Notes under the pieces: generated by a model
The model's input: only the letters and a program-made list of their open reading frames with translations
Told to the model about the DNA's origin: nothing
The model's database searches: none
In this document: positions 9,131-17,389 of the stretch, piece after piece
How positions within the stretch are numbered: position 1 is the first letter of the stretch
How the letters are laid out: every line of letters begins with the position of its first letter
Assembly: GCA_963823665.1 (NCBI GenBank)
Contig: CAWGMQ010000008.1
Coordinates: forward strand, 1,888,001 to 1,952,000
DNA from: an uncultured Planctomycetota bacterium
GTDB lineage: Bacteria; Planctomycetota; Planctomycetia; Isosphaerales; Isosphaeraceae
Direction of reading: 5' to 3'
DNA length: 64,000 bases
Position numbers and translations under genes: made by a program

Positions 9131-11665
9131 TCAGGGTTGGTCCACGGGGCACGGCTCGGCGCCCCAGATGTCGCGGGCGTATTCCTGGATCGTGCGATCG
9201 CTGGAGAACGTCCCGGAGTGTGCCACGTTGATGATCGCCCGCCGCGACCAGGCGTCGGGTTGTCCATAGAGCCGGCCGACCTGCTCATGGGTCGTCAAGT
9301 AAGCCGAGAGGTCGGCCAGGTGCATGTAGTAGTCGCCATGGGTCAGCAAGGCGTCGCGGATCGGGCCGAAGACGCCCGGATCGCCCCGGTCGAAGGTTCC
9401 ATACTGGATCAAGTCGAGCGCCCGGCGCGTCTCGGGCTCGTTATCGTAATGGCAGCGGGGGTTGTACCAGCCGCGGCTGCTCTGGACCTGCTCGGCGGTC
9501 AGCCCGAAGAGGAAGAAGTTCTCCTCGCCGGCCGCCTCGGCCATCTCGATCGTCGCGCCGTCGCGGGTGCCGACGGTCAGGGCGCCGTTCATCATGAACT
9601 TCATGTTGCTGGTGCCGCTGGCCTCGAATCCGGCGGTGGAGATCTGCTCCGAGACGTCGCTGGCCGGGATCAGGCGCTGGGCCAGCGTGACGTTGTACTC
9701 GGGTAAGAACAGCACCTTGAGCCGCCCGCGGACCGCCGGGTCGGCGTCGATGACCGCCGCCACGTTGTTGATGAGGTGGATGATGAGCTTCGCCAAGGTG
9801 TAGGCCGGCGCCGCCTTGCCGGCGAAGAAGACCGTGCGCGGGGTCACATCCAGGCCAGGGTCGTCGCGCAGGCGGTTGTACAGCACCACCAGGTGCAGCA
9901 CGTTGAGCAGTTGCCGCTTGTACTCGTGAATCCGCTTGATCTGCGAATCGAAGATCGATTCCGGGTCGATCACCTGGCCGGTCGCATCGCGCAGCCAGCC
10001 AGCGAACCGCACCTTGGCCGCGCGCTTGGCCAGCCGAAAGGCATCGCGGAACGAGGGGTCTTCGGCCAGGGGGAGGAGCTTCTCGAGCAGCGCCAGGTCG
10101 ACAACCCAATCCTCGCCGATGACATCGGTGATGAGCTTCGCGAGGTCTGGGTTCGCCAGCAGGAGCCAGCGCCTCGGCGTCACGCCGTTGGTCTTGTTGT
10201 TGAAGCGGCCAGGGAACTGCTTGGCCAGGTCGCGCATCACGGTCGTCCGTAGCAGTTGCGAGTGGAGCGCGGCGACGCCGTTGGTGCTGTGCGAACCGAC
10301 GACGGCCAAGTGGGCCATCCGGACCCGCTTTTCCGCCTCTTCCTGGATCAGGCTGACGCGGCGGACGCGCTCCTCGTCGCCGGGGTGGCTCCGGCGCACG
10401 TCGTCGAGGAAGCGGCGATTGATCTCGTAGATGATCTCGAGATGCCGGGGAAGGCCGATCTCGAAGAGGGTGATCGGCCAGGTCTCCAGTGCCTCGGGCA
10501 GAAGGGTGTGATTGGTGTAGGCGAGCGTCCGGACCGTCAGGTCCCACGCGTCGTCCCAGCCCAGTCTGGCTTGATCCAGTAGGATCCGCATCAGCTCGGC
10601 GACGGCCAGCGCCGGGTGGGTGTCGTTGAGCTGGATCGCGACCTTATCGGGTAGCGCGTGCCAGTCGTTGCCCCGGCGGCGGAACCGCGCGACGATATCC
10701 GCCAGCGAGCAGGCGACCAGGAAATACTCCTGGACGAACCGCAGGCCCTTGCCGCGGGGCGTCGAGTCGTCGGGATAAAGGACCCGTGTGAGCGACTCGG
10801 CGGCGACCTTTTCGTGGACGGCGTCGAAGAAGTCACCGCGGCTGAACTCCCGGAAGTTGAAGTCCCGATGCGTCGCCGCGCCCCAAAGCCGCAGCGTGTT
10901 GATCGTCCGGCCGCCGTAGCCGACAATCGGCCGGTCGTAAGGCAAGCCCACGAGGGTCGTCGGGACGTCCCGGACGACCTCGAGCCAACCCTCCTTCAAC
11001 TGGAAGTCGCAATTCAGCCCGACTTCCACCGCCTCGCCCGGTCGGCCAACCTCCCAGGGATCGGGGCGGCGGAGCCAGTGGTCCGGGTGCTCGACCTGGC
11101 GGCCGTCGGCGATCTCCTGGCGGAAGATCCCGTACTCGTACCGCAGGCCGTAACCGATCGCGGGGAGCTGGAGCGTGGCCATCGAGTCCAGGAAGCAGGC
11201 GGCGAGCCGGCCCAGTCCGCCGTTGCCCAGGCCGGCGTCGGGCTCCGTCTCGGCAAGTTCCGCCCACTCCAGACCCTCGCGCTCGATGAACTCCCTCGCC
11301 ACCGATTCGGCCCGGAGGTTGAGGATGTTGTTCGTCAGCGACCGGCCGATCAGGAACTCCAGCGAGAGATAATACACCTGCTTGGGGTTGGCCTGATGGT
11401 ACGACTCGTCGGTCTTCAACCAGCGTTGCGAGAGCAGGTCGCGGAGGGCCCCGGCCACGGCCTCGAAGCGCTGGCGCGGGTCGGACTTCTCCGGACGGAC
11501 GACGTGGTCGAAGATGAGGTGTCGCTCGTAGGACGCATCGGGCGTCCCGCAGATCGCGACCGGCCCGCATTCGTATTGATCGAGGAGGGCCTGGGTGAGC
11601 GTGAGGGCCGGCTGGGCTGCCGCCTTTCCCTTGGGCCCCGCGGCGGTGGTGCGTTGCGTCTTCAT
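9131..11665 (-). CDS. glgP: Glycogen/starch phosphorylase
   Basis: YYLSLEFL, DAGLGNGGLGRLAAC, QLNDTHP, KRIHEYKRQ and the PLP motif EASGTSNMKF. Start set at 11665, an ATGA overlap with the upstream stop. Confidence 0.95.
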   Translation of the reverse strand: MKTQRTTAAGPKGKAAAQPALTLTQALLDQYECGPVAICGTPDASYERHLIFDHVVRPEKSDPRQRFEAVAGALRDLLSQRWLKTDESYHQANPKQVYYLSLEFLIGRSLTNNILNLRAESVAREFIEREGLEWAELAETEPDAGLGNGGLGRLAACFLDSMATLQLPAIGYGLRYEYGIFRQEIADGRQVEHPDHWLRRPDPWEVGRPGEAVEVGLNCDFQLKEGWLEVVRDVPTTLVGLPYDRPIVGYGGRTINTLRLWGAATHRDFNFREFSRGDFFDAVHEKVAAESLTRVLYPDDSTPRGKGLRFVQEYFLVACSLADIVARFRRRGNDWHALPDKVAIQLNDTHPALAVAELMRILLDQARLGWDDAWDLTVRTLAYTNHTLLPEALETWPITLFEIGLPRHLEIIYEINRRFLDDVRRSHPGDEERVRRVSLIQEEAEKRVRMAHLAVVGSHSTNGVAALHSQLLRTTVMRDLAKQFPGRFNNKTNGVTPRRWLLLANPDLAKLITDVIGEDWVVDLALLEKLLPLAEDPSFRDAFRLAKRAAKVRFAGWLRDATGQVIDPESIFDSQIKRIHEYKRQLLNVLHLVVLYNRLRDDPGLDVTPRTVFFAGKAAPAYTLAKLIIHLINNVAAVIDADPAVRGRLKVLFLPEYNVTLAQRLIPASDVSEQISTAGFEASGTSNMKFMMNGALTVGTRDGATIEMAEAAGEENFFLFGLTAEQVQSSRGWYNPRCHYDNEPETRRALDLIQYGTFDRGDPGVFGPIRDALLTHGDYYMHLADLSAYLTTHEQVGRLYGQPDAWSRRAIINVAHSGTFSSDRTIQEYARDIWGAEPCPVDQP

Positions 11666-12339
11666 GCGATGTGGTCCTTCTGCAGAGGGGAGGCTCTTCG
11701 ATCGTGACCGACGGCGGCGGCCATGCCGGGGCATCTCGCCTCGGCCGGCACGGCATGACGATCGTCGTTCCAGAGGCAGATGGCCGGATCCTCCGGCCCG
11801 TGCTCGTAGCCCAGGATCGACAGCGCGGCGGTGCCCAGCACGAAGCGGCAGGCGTCGCCCGGCGGCAGTCCCACCCACTGCGCGGCCAGCACGCGGAAGA
11901 AGTGGCCGTGCCCGAAGATCAGCGTGCGGCCCGGCATCGGACGAAGCCGCGCGATGACCCGATCGGCACGGGCGCCGACCGCTACGACCGATTCGCCGCC
12001 CGGGCAGCCGTCGCGGAAGAGGGACCAGCCCGGACGCTTGCTCCGGATCTCGGCCGTCGTGAGGCCCTCGTACTCGCCGTAATCCCACTCACGTAGGTCC
12101 GCGACGGGCACGGCCTGCTCGTCGAACCCGGCCAGCAGGCACGTCTGGCGCGCCCGTCGCAACGGGCTGACGAAGACCCGATCGAAGGCCAGGCCCCGGA
12201 GGCGGTCGTGCAGGCCCCAGGCGTTGTCCTCGCCGCGCTCGGTCAGGGGCAGATCCGTCCGGCCGGTGTGCTGGCGGCTGATCGTCCATGCCGTCTCGCC
12301 GTGCCGTGCCAGGTAGACTGCCGGCAGTGTCGCGCTCAT
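11662..12339 (-). CDS. Histidine phosphatase (phosphoglycerate mutase superfamily)
   Basis: RHGETAW, SPLRRARQT, EWDYGEYEG, HGH motifs. Start at MSATLPAVYLARHGE. Confidence 0.88.
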   Translation of the reverse strand: MSATLPAVYLARHGETAWTISRQHTGRTDLPLTERGEDNAWGLHDRLRGLAFDRVFVSPLRRARQTCLLAGFDEQAVPVADLREWDYGEYEGLTTAEIRSKRPGWSLFRDGCPGGESVVAVGARADRVIARLRPMPGRTLIFGHGHFFRVLAAQWVGLPPGDACRFVLGTAALSILGYEHGPEDPAICLWNDDRHAVPAEARCPGMAAAVGHDRRASPLQKDHIA

Positions 12340-12394
12340 CTTGCGGCCCTCGACGTCGGTTGTCCGGCATTCGGCCGGTCGGGGAAAGTCGCCT

Positions 12395-12441
12395 CGCCGT
12401 GAGAAATCAGTCGGAACGAGGATCTTCTGGATGGTGCTCAT
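12395..12441 (-). pseudogene. N-terminal stub of a universal stress protein (Usp)
   Basis: MSTIQKILVPTDFS is the typical Usp N-terminal strand. Similarity stops after 14 aa. Confidence 0.6.
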
Positions 12442-12465
12442 CGCGCGTCTCCATTCTGGAGGCCG

Positions 12466-14901
12466 TTACTCACCCGCCGGCAGCCTCCACTTCCAGTCGC
12501 GGATCTCCGGCATGTCCTGGCCGTACTTGCATATGTACAGCTTGTGCTCGATCAGCTTGTCGCGCACCGCCTGCTTGGCGTAGGCGGCCTTGCCCCCGAG
12601 CTGCGGCAGGCGGTCCACCACGTCGGCGACCAGGTGGAACCGGTCGAGGTCGTTCATGACCGTCATGTCGAACGCCGTCGAGATCGTCCCCTCCTCCTTG
12701 TAGCCGCGCACGTGCAGGTTATTGTGGTTCGTGCGGCGGTACGTCAGCCGGTGGATCAGCCAGGGGTAGCCGTGGTAGGCGAAGATGATCGGCTTGTCCT
12801 TGGTGAACAGCGTGTCGAAGTCGTGGTCCGAGAGCCCGTGGGGGTGCTCGGACTCCGGCTGGAGCTTCATCAGGTCGACCACGTTGACGACCCGGATCTT
12901 GAGGTCGGGGAGGTGCTCGCGGAGGAGCTGGACGGCGGCCAGGGTCTCCAGCGTCGGCACGTCGCCGGCGCAGGCCATGACCACGTCCGGCTCGCTCTCC
13001 TTGTCGTTACTCGCCCACTCCCAGATGCCGATCCCCGCCGTGCAATGCTTGATCGCCTCGTCCATCGTCAGCCACTGCGGCGAGGGGTGCTTGCTCGCCA
13101 CGATCACGTTGACGTAGTTGCGGCCGCGCAGGCAGTGGTCCATTACCGAGAGCAGCGTGTTGGTATCCGGTGGCAGATACACGCGGATGATCTCCGCCTT
13201 CTTGTTGACCACGTGGTCGATGAAGCCGGGGTCCTGGTGAGTGAAGCCGTTGTGGTCCTGGCGCCAGACGTGCGATGCCAGGAGGATGTTCAGGCTGGCG
13301 ATCGGCCGCCGCCAGGGGATATGGCGGGTGACCTTCAGCCACTTGGCGTGCTGGTTGAACATCGAGTCGATGATGTGGACGAACGCCTCGTAGGTGTTGA
13401 AGATCCCGTGGCGGCCGGTCAGGAGATAGCCCTCGAGCCAGCCCTCGCACTGGTGCTCGCTGAGCATCTCCATGACGCGCCCGTCGGCGGCGAGGTGGTC
13501 GTCGCTGGCGATGACCTCGCCGAGCCACTGCTTGTCGGTGGCCTCGAAGACGGCGGTCAGGCGGTTGGACGCCGTCTCGTCCGGGCCGAAGATCCGGAAA
13601 TTGCGGGTGTCTTGATTGAGCTTGATCACGTCGCGGAGGAACTTGCCCAAGGTGCGGGCGTCCTCGTTCATGACGCCGTCGGTCCGCGACACGGCGATGG
13701 CGTAATCGCCGAAGTCGGGCAGCCTCAGGTCGCGGAGCAGGATGCCGCCGTTGGCGTGCGGGTTGGCCCCCATCCGGCGCTCGCCCTCGGGGGCCAGCTC
13801 CTGCAGCTCGGGGATGAGCCGTCCCGTCACGTCGAAGAGTTCCTCGGGCTTGTAGCTGCGCATCCAGGCCTCGAGGATCTTCAGGTGCTCGGGATGCTCG
13901 GTTGGCTCGGACAGCGGCACCTGATGCGCCCGGTACGTCCCCTCGACCGGCAGGCCGTCGACGACCTTCGGCCCGGTCCAGCCTTTGGGCGTCTTCAGGA
14001 CGATCATCGGCCATCGCGGCCGCTCGGTGACGCCCCGCTCCCGCGCATCGGACTGGATGCGGAGGATGTCGGCGAGGACGCGGTCGAGCGTCGCGGCCAT
14101 GAGCTGGTGCATCGCCTCGGGCTCGTGCCCCTCGACGAAATGCGGGGTGTAGCCGTAGCCGCGCAGCAGATGCTCGAGCTCCTCGCAGCCGATGCGGGCC
14201 AGGACGGTCGGGTTGGCGATCTTGTAGCCGTTAAGGTGGAGGATCGGCAGCACGGCCCCGTCGTGCGCCGGGTTGAGGAACTTGTTCGAGTGCCAGCCGG
14301 TGGCCAGCGGGCCCGTCTCGGCCTCGCCGTCGCCGACGACGCAGGCCACGATCAAGTCAGGGTTGTCGAAGGCCGCGCCGAAGGCATGGCTGAGGCTGTA
14401 GCCAAGCTCGCCCCCCTCGTGGATCGAGCCGGGCGTCTCCGGGGCGACGTGGCTGGGGATGCCCCCGGGGAAGGAGAACTGCTGGAACAGCCGCTTCATG
14501 CCGGCCGCGTCCCGCGAGACGTTCGGGTAGAGCTCGCTGTAGGTGCCCTCCAGGTATGTATTGCCCACCAGGGCCGGCCCGCCGTGGCCGGGGCCCGAGA
14601 TGTAGATCATGTTCAGGTCATATTCCTTGATGACTCGGTTCAGATGGACGTAGATGAAGTTCTGCCCCGGAGTCGTCCCCCAGTGCCCCAGCAATCGGGG
14701 CTTGACGTGCTCGAGCTTCAGCGGCTCGCGCAAGAGCGGGTTGTCATAGAGGTAGATCTGCCCGACCGCCAGGTAGTTGGCGGCGCGCCAGTAGGCGTCC
14801 ATGAGGCGGAGATCGTCCGGCTCGAGGGAAGCCCGTTCGATGCTCGCGCGGGCCTCACCGTAGGCGCTCAGTGAATCTCGTTCGGTTGCGACGGTTGCCA
14901 T
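12466..14901 (-). CDS. xfp: Xylulose-5-phosphate/fructose-6-phosphate phosphoketolase
   Basis: [21 protein letters not shown] motif [33 protein letters not shown]. Start at 14901 after GGAGG RBS. Confidence 0.95.
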   Translation of the reverse strand: MATVATERDSLSAYGEARASIERASLEPDDLRLMDAYWRAANYLAVGQIYLYDNPLLREPLKLEHVKPRLLGHWGTTPGQNFIYVHLNRVIKEYDLNMIYISGPGHGGPALVGNTYLEGTYSELYPNVSRDAAGMKRLFQQFSFPGGIPSHVAPETPGSIHEGGELGYSLSHAFGAAFDNPDLIVACVVGDGEAETGPLATGWHSNKFLNPAHDGAVLPILHLNGYKIANPTVLARIGCEELEHLLRGYGYTPHFVEGHEPEAMHQLMAATLDRVLADILRIQSDARERGVTERPRWPMIVLKTPKGWTGPKVVDGLPVEGTYRAHQVPLSEPTEHPEHLKILEAWMRSYKPEELFDVTGRLIPELQELAPEGERRMGANPHANGGILLRDLRLPDFGDYAIAVSRTDGVMNEDARTLGKFLRDVIKLNQDTRNFRIFGPDETASNRLTAVFEATDKQWLGEVIASDDHLAADGRVMEMLSEHQCEGWLEGYLLTGRHGIFNTYEAFVHIIDSMFNQHAKWLKVTRHIPWRRPIASLNILLASHVWRQDHNGFTHQDPGFIDHVVNKKAEIIRVYLPPDTNTLLSVMDHCLRGRNYVNVIVASKHPSPQWLTMDEAIKHCTAGIGIWEWASNDKESEPDVVMACAGDVPTLETLAAVQLLREHLPDLKIRVVNVVDLMKLQPESEHPHGLSDHDFDTLFTKDKPIIFAYHGYPWLIHRLTYRRTNHNNLHVRGYKEEGTISTAFDMTVMNDLDRFHLVADVVDRLPQLGGKAAYAKQAVRDKLIEHKLYICKYGQDMPEIRDWKWRLPAGE

Positions 14902-15019
14902 GGTTGCCTCCGGAAGGGAGCGATCTGGATGTTCTCGTCGGTGCGCTGTTAACTCGCGGGCTTCTAATCTCCTATGCGTTCGGGGAGGACACCGTGGTGC
15001 GAGGACGTAATTACGCCGC

Positions 15020-15230
15020 GAGTGCGAGTGAGCCGGCATGCTCGAGGAGCACGCCCCGACGTCCCGCAACACGTCCGGGGGTCGCAGGCACATGTCGTGG
15101 GCCCGCATCACGACCTTGGACTGGACACCGCCGACCCGGTCCCCGGCGACCGGCACGAGACCGTCGGTCGCGCCCGTGGCCGTCGGATCGCCGAGGGCCG
15201 CGATGATCAGGTGGCATCTCCGACCGTGTC
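15020..15230 (-). pseudogene. Possible C-terminal remnant of an alpha/beta hydrolase
   Basis: [29 protein letters not shown] resembles the H-S-I-I..DGVVP..H end of lipase/esterase-like proteins. Confidence 0.4.
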
Positions 15231-15300
15231 GATCGCTTGATCCCCTTTCGACGTCCGGTCGTGCCTCCCCGAGTTCTCCGGACAGTCACGTCGGGGTCCG

Positions 15301-15345
15301 AAAAACAAAAAAGCCCCGCACCGCGATATGTCGCGGAACGGGGCC
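15301..15345 (-). terminator. Intrinsic terminator in the leader of the xfp-glg operon
   Basis: Minus strand GCCCCGTTCCGCGA-CATA-TCGCGGTGCGGGGC followed by TTTTTTGTTTTT. Confidence 0.8.
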
Positions 15346-15397
15346 ACTCTAGAGCCGGGACCGCATTCCCGCCCTGAGAATGCGATAGTCACACATC

Positions 15398-15427
15398 AGC
15401 ATGCCAGGAACTGCTTTGTTTTGTCAA
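15398..15427 (-). promoter_or_regulatory. Sigma70-type promoter
   Basis: TTGACA (15427-15422), 18-nt spacer ending TGG, then CATGCT (15403-15398), in a locally AT-rich patch. Confidence 0.6.
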
Positions 15428-15959
15428 CCCATTGGATTCAGGACGGGTAACGTCCAACAAGCAAAACGTGTTGCTTCCTCTCTACACTGACCCACTGCTG
15501 TCAGTGGTGCCTCGTACGCCGCGGCTCATCAACCCGATTCCCAAGGGTACGAGCCGCCGATGAATCCTTCGACTCACATCAAGCAACGGCAGATCCTGTG
15601 GGCGCTCCGGGATGGCAAGCGCTTCGGAAGCGAGTACGGCAACCACCCGGACCCGGCCCAGCGGGCCCGGGTCGAGAGGTCGTTCGTGTACGAACTTGAC
15701 GACAACGACTTGAAGCTGCTCGGCGAAGCAGCCCGGCAGGAATTCGAAGCCGGTGATGGGGACGAACTCGCGGTCCGGCCGGCATCCAGCGCCCCTCGGC
15801 AGGCGGGCGGACAATCGCGGGCGACGCGTTTCAATTCCGCGCTGTGCGCGTCGGTTGGATCGACGAATGGCACGTGCGCGCGTTAGACCGGGCAAGGAGA
15901 CGCGTGAGTCTGGGGTCTTTGGGGAATGCCCAGCTTCTTCATGTTTCGAACTCTAAGTG

Positions 15960-16125
15960 CCATTCGTCGGATCGACCGAGGCGTTGAATGCCGGCTTGAG
16001 GTCATCATGCCGCAAGCCGAGATTTTGCTCCGTCGTCGAAACCCTCGCATAGCGGATGATCATCCTCCACCGGCTGGCCGCTGGAGTAAAGAAACCCGTC
16101 GCAGTGGGTTTTTTGAGATGATGTG
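15960..16125 (-). pseudogene. 5' stub of a serine resolvase/invertase with its upstream region
   Basis: MIIRYARVSTTEQNLGL matches the resolvase YARVST motif. Similar to copies at ~53.9 kb and ~55.7 kb. Confidence 0.7.
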
Positions 16126-16180
16126 GCTTAGCGGCCGACATGCCTGCTGGCGCGCGATGCGAATAGAAGGGGTGCTCACG

Positions 16181-16952
16181 GTAGAGTAGCGGAGGGGCAG
16201 GCAAGCCTGCCTCCTCCGCCCTCCTCAAACCGGACAGACGGATTTCCCGTATCCGGCTTTACCGACCTATCTCGCTCACAGGCAATTCACAGGGGGATCA
16301 ACTAGACATTCACAAACGCCGCAGGCCGAGGCGTTGCAGCTTGGCATAGAATGTCTGGCCTTCCGCTGGGCGGAAGGGGCGTTGACTCCTCCTGTTTGGC
16401 CTTGTGGGCCAGTTTTCTTCTCAGTTCAGAGATTTCTTCCGTAGTGGGACTTTCGTCCAAGCGGATCTCCTTACTTCTGATGGAAACGTTAGGTCGGCAG
16501 GGGTCCTTCGCTCCACGGGAGTTACCCGGCTTCATCGCTACTACGGCCCCCTCCGACTCCCGGCCGTGCCCAGTGACGGTTATTTGTTTCCGCCACTAGT
16601 TGGTTGGGCCCCATGCCATAGGGTCGTCCCACACCGTCGGGTCTCTCAGGGTTTCTCGCGGATCTTTCGACGCCCGCTGTCCCCAACCACCCCGGGTAGC
16701 CCATCCGCTGCTTCTGCTCGTTGCTTCGCGGACGGTATCAGGTTTCAACATCTTTGGGAGGCTGACCACTACCATTGAAGCGTAACGAGGCCGAATCGGG
16801 ATCGCTTTCGCTACGGCTGACGTCTTCGCCTTCTCGGACTCCGGCGAGTGGGGTCACCCCCGCCGCCGCCGAGTTGGCTTCATGGTGAACGAGCAATTGC
16901 CATGGCCAGTTCCTTTCAACTGACGAGATCAACGAGCCTAAGCCTGACGAAC
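16181..16952 (-). mobile_element. Group II intron with internally deleted RT/maturase ORF (772 nt)
   Basis: 5' end GTTCGTCAGGC. Domain V AAGCCGGATACGGGAAATCCGTCTGTCCGGTTT (16227-16259). Domain VI hairpin ending CTACTCTAC. IEP N-terminus (ELRRKLAHKAKQE) joined to its C-terminus (SQRPFRPAEGQTFYAKLQRLGLRRL). Excision restores GCTCACGCAAAGGCGCCAAGG. Confidence 0.88.
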
Positions 16953-17008
16953 CAAAGGCGCCAAGGTGGAGCAGGCGCGAATCGAACATGCAGGCTCTGT
17001 GGTCAGGT

Positions 17009-17293
17009 TCAGTTGAACGGCGGGAGTTCAATTCGACGGGTTTCAGGGATCTGAGGGATGGCATCCGGGACGTCGTTCGGGCCCAAGCTGGCACGGTGCA
17101 AGAATCGCGGGGCGGAGCGAGTCTGTTTATCGTAGCTGAGGGAGGCACGCCGTTCTTGCACGAGGTGGACGAGGTAGGCGCGGACGTCTTCAGGGCTAAG
17201 GTGCTCCGGTGAGGAATTAAAGAAACGTTTGAAGCGGGCGATGCATTGGACGTAGGTGTCGATGGTCTGCAGCGTGGAATTGCGGAGACTCAT
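17009..17293 (-). pseudogene. Truncated tyrosine recombinase N-terminal (SAM-like) domain, copy 1
   Basis: LRNSTLQTIDTYVQCIARFKRFFNSSPEHLSPEDVRAYLVHLVQER. No catalytic domain follows. Confidence 0.7.
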
Positions 17294-17389
17294 ATCCCGC
17301 TTTTCTCAGCGTCAAGGAACCCGTCGCATTATCAGAGATGTTGACAGTGTCCTTTGTGTCCGTCTTCTCCGCGTCTCGGCGTGATGCAA

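Noticed and set aside
11666..12088. Long N-terminal extension of GlgP (985-aa ORF)
   Set aside because: It overlaps the phosphatase gene in another frame. The ATGA-coupled start at 11665 is more plausible.
12544..14874. 776-aa plus-strand ORF and similar long ORFs (5039..6427, 6865..8166, 61851..63173, 63187..63990)
   Set aside because: Antisense shadows of real genes, expected from high-GC codon bias. They carry no motifs.
15360..15385. FMN riboswitch, because minus-strand ATTCTCAGGGCGGG resembles its 5' end
   Set aside because: The following GTGAAATTCCC..ACCGGCGGT core and the remaining stems are absent, and no rib genes follow.
15560..15886. 108-aa plus-strand ORF
   Set aside because: No recognisable motif or clear RBS, and it lies in a decayed region. 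Cannot be supported as a gene.
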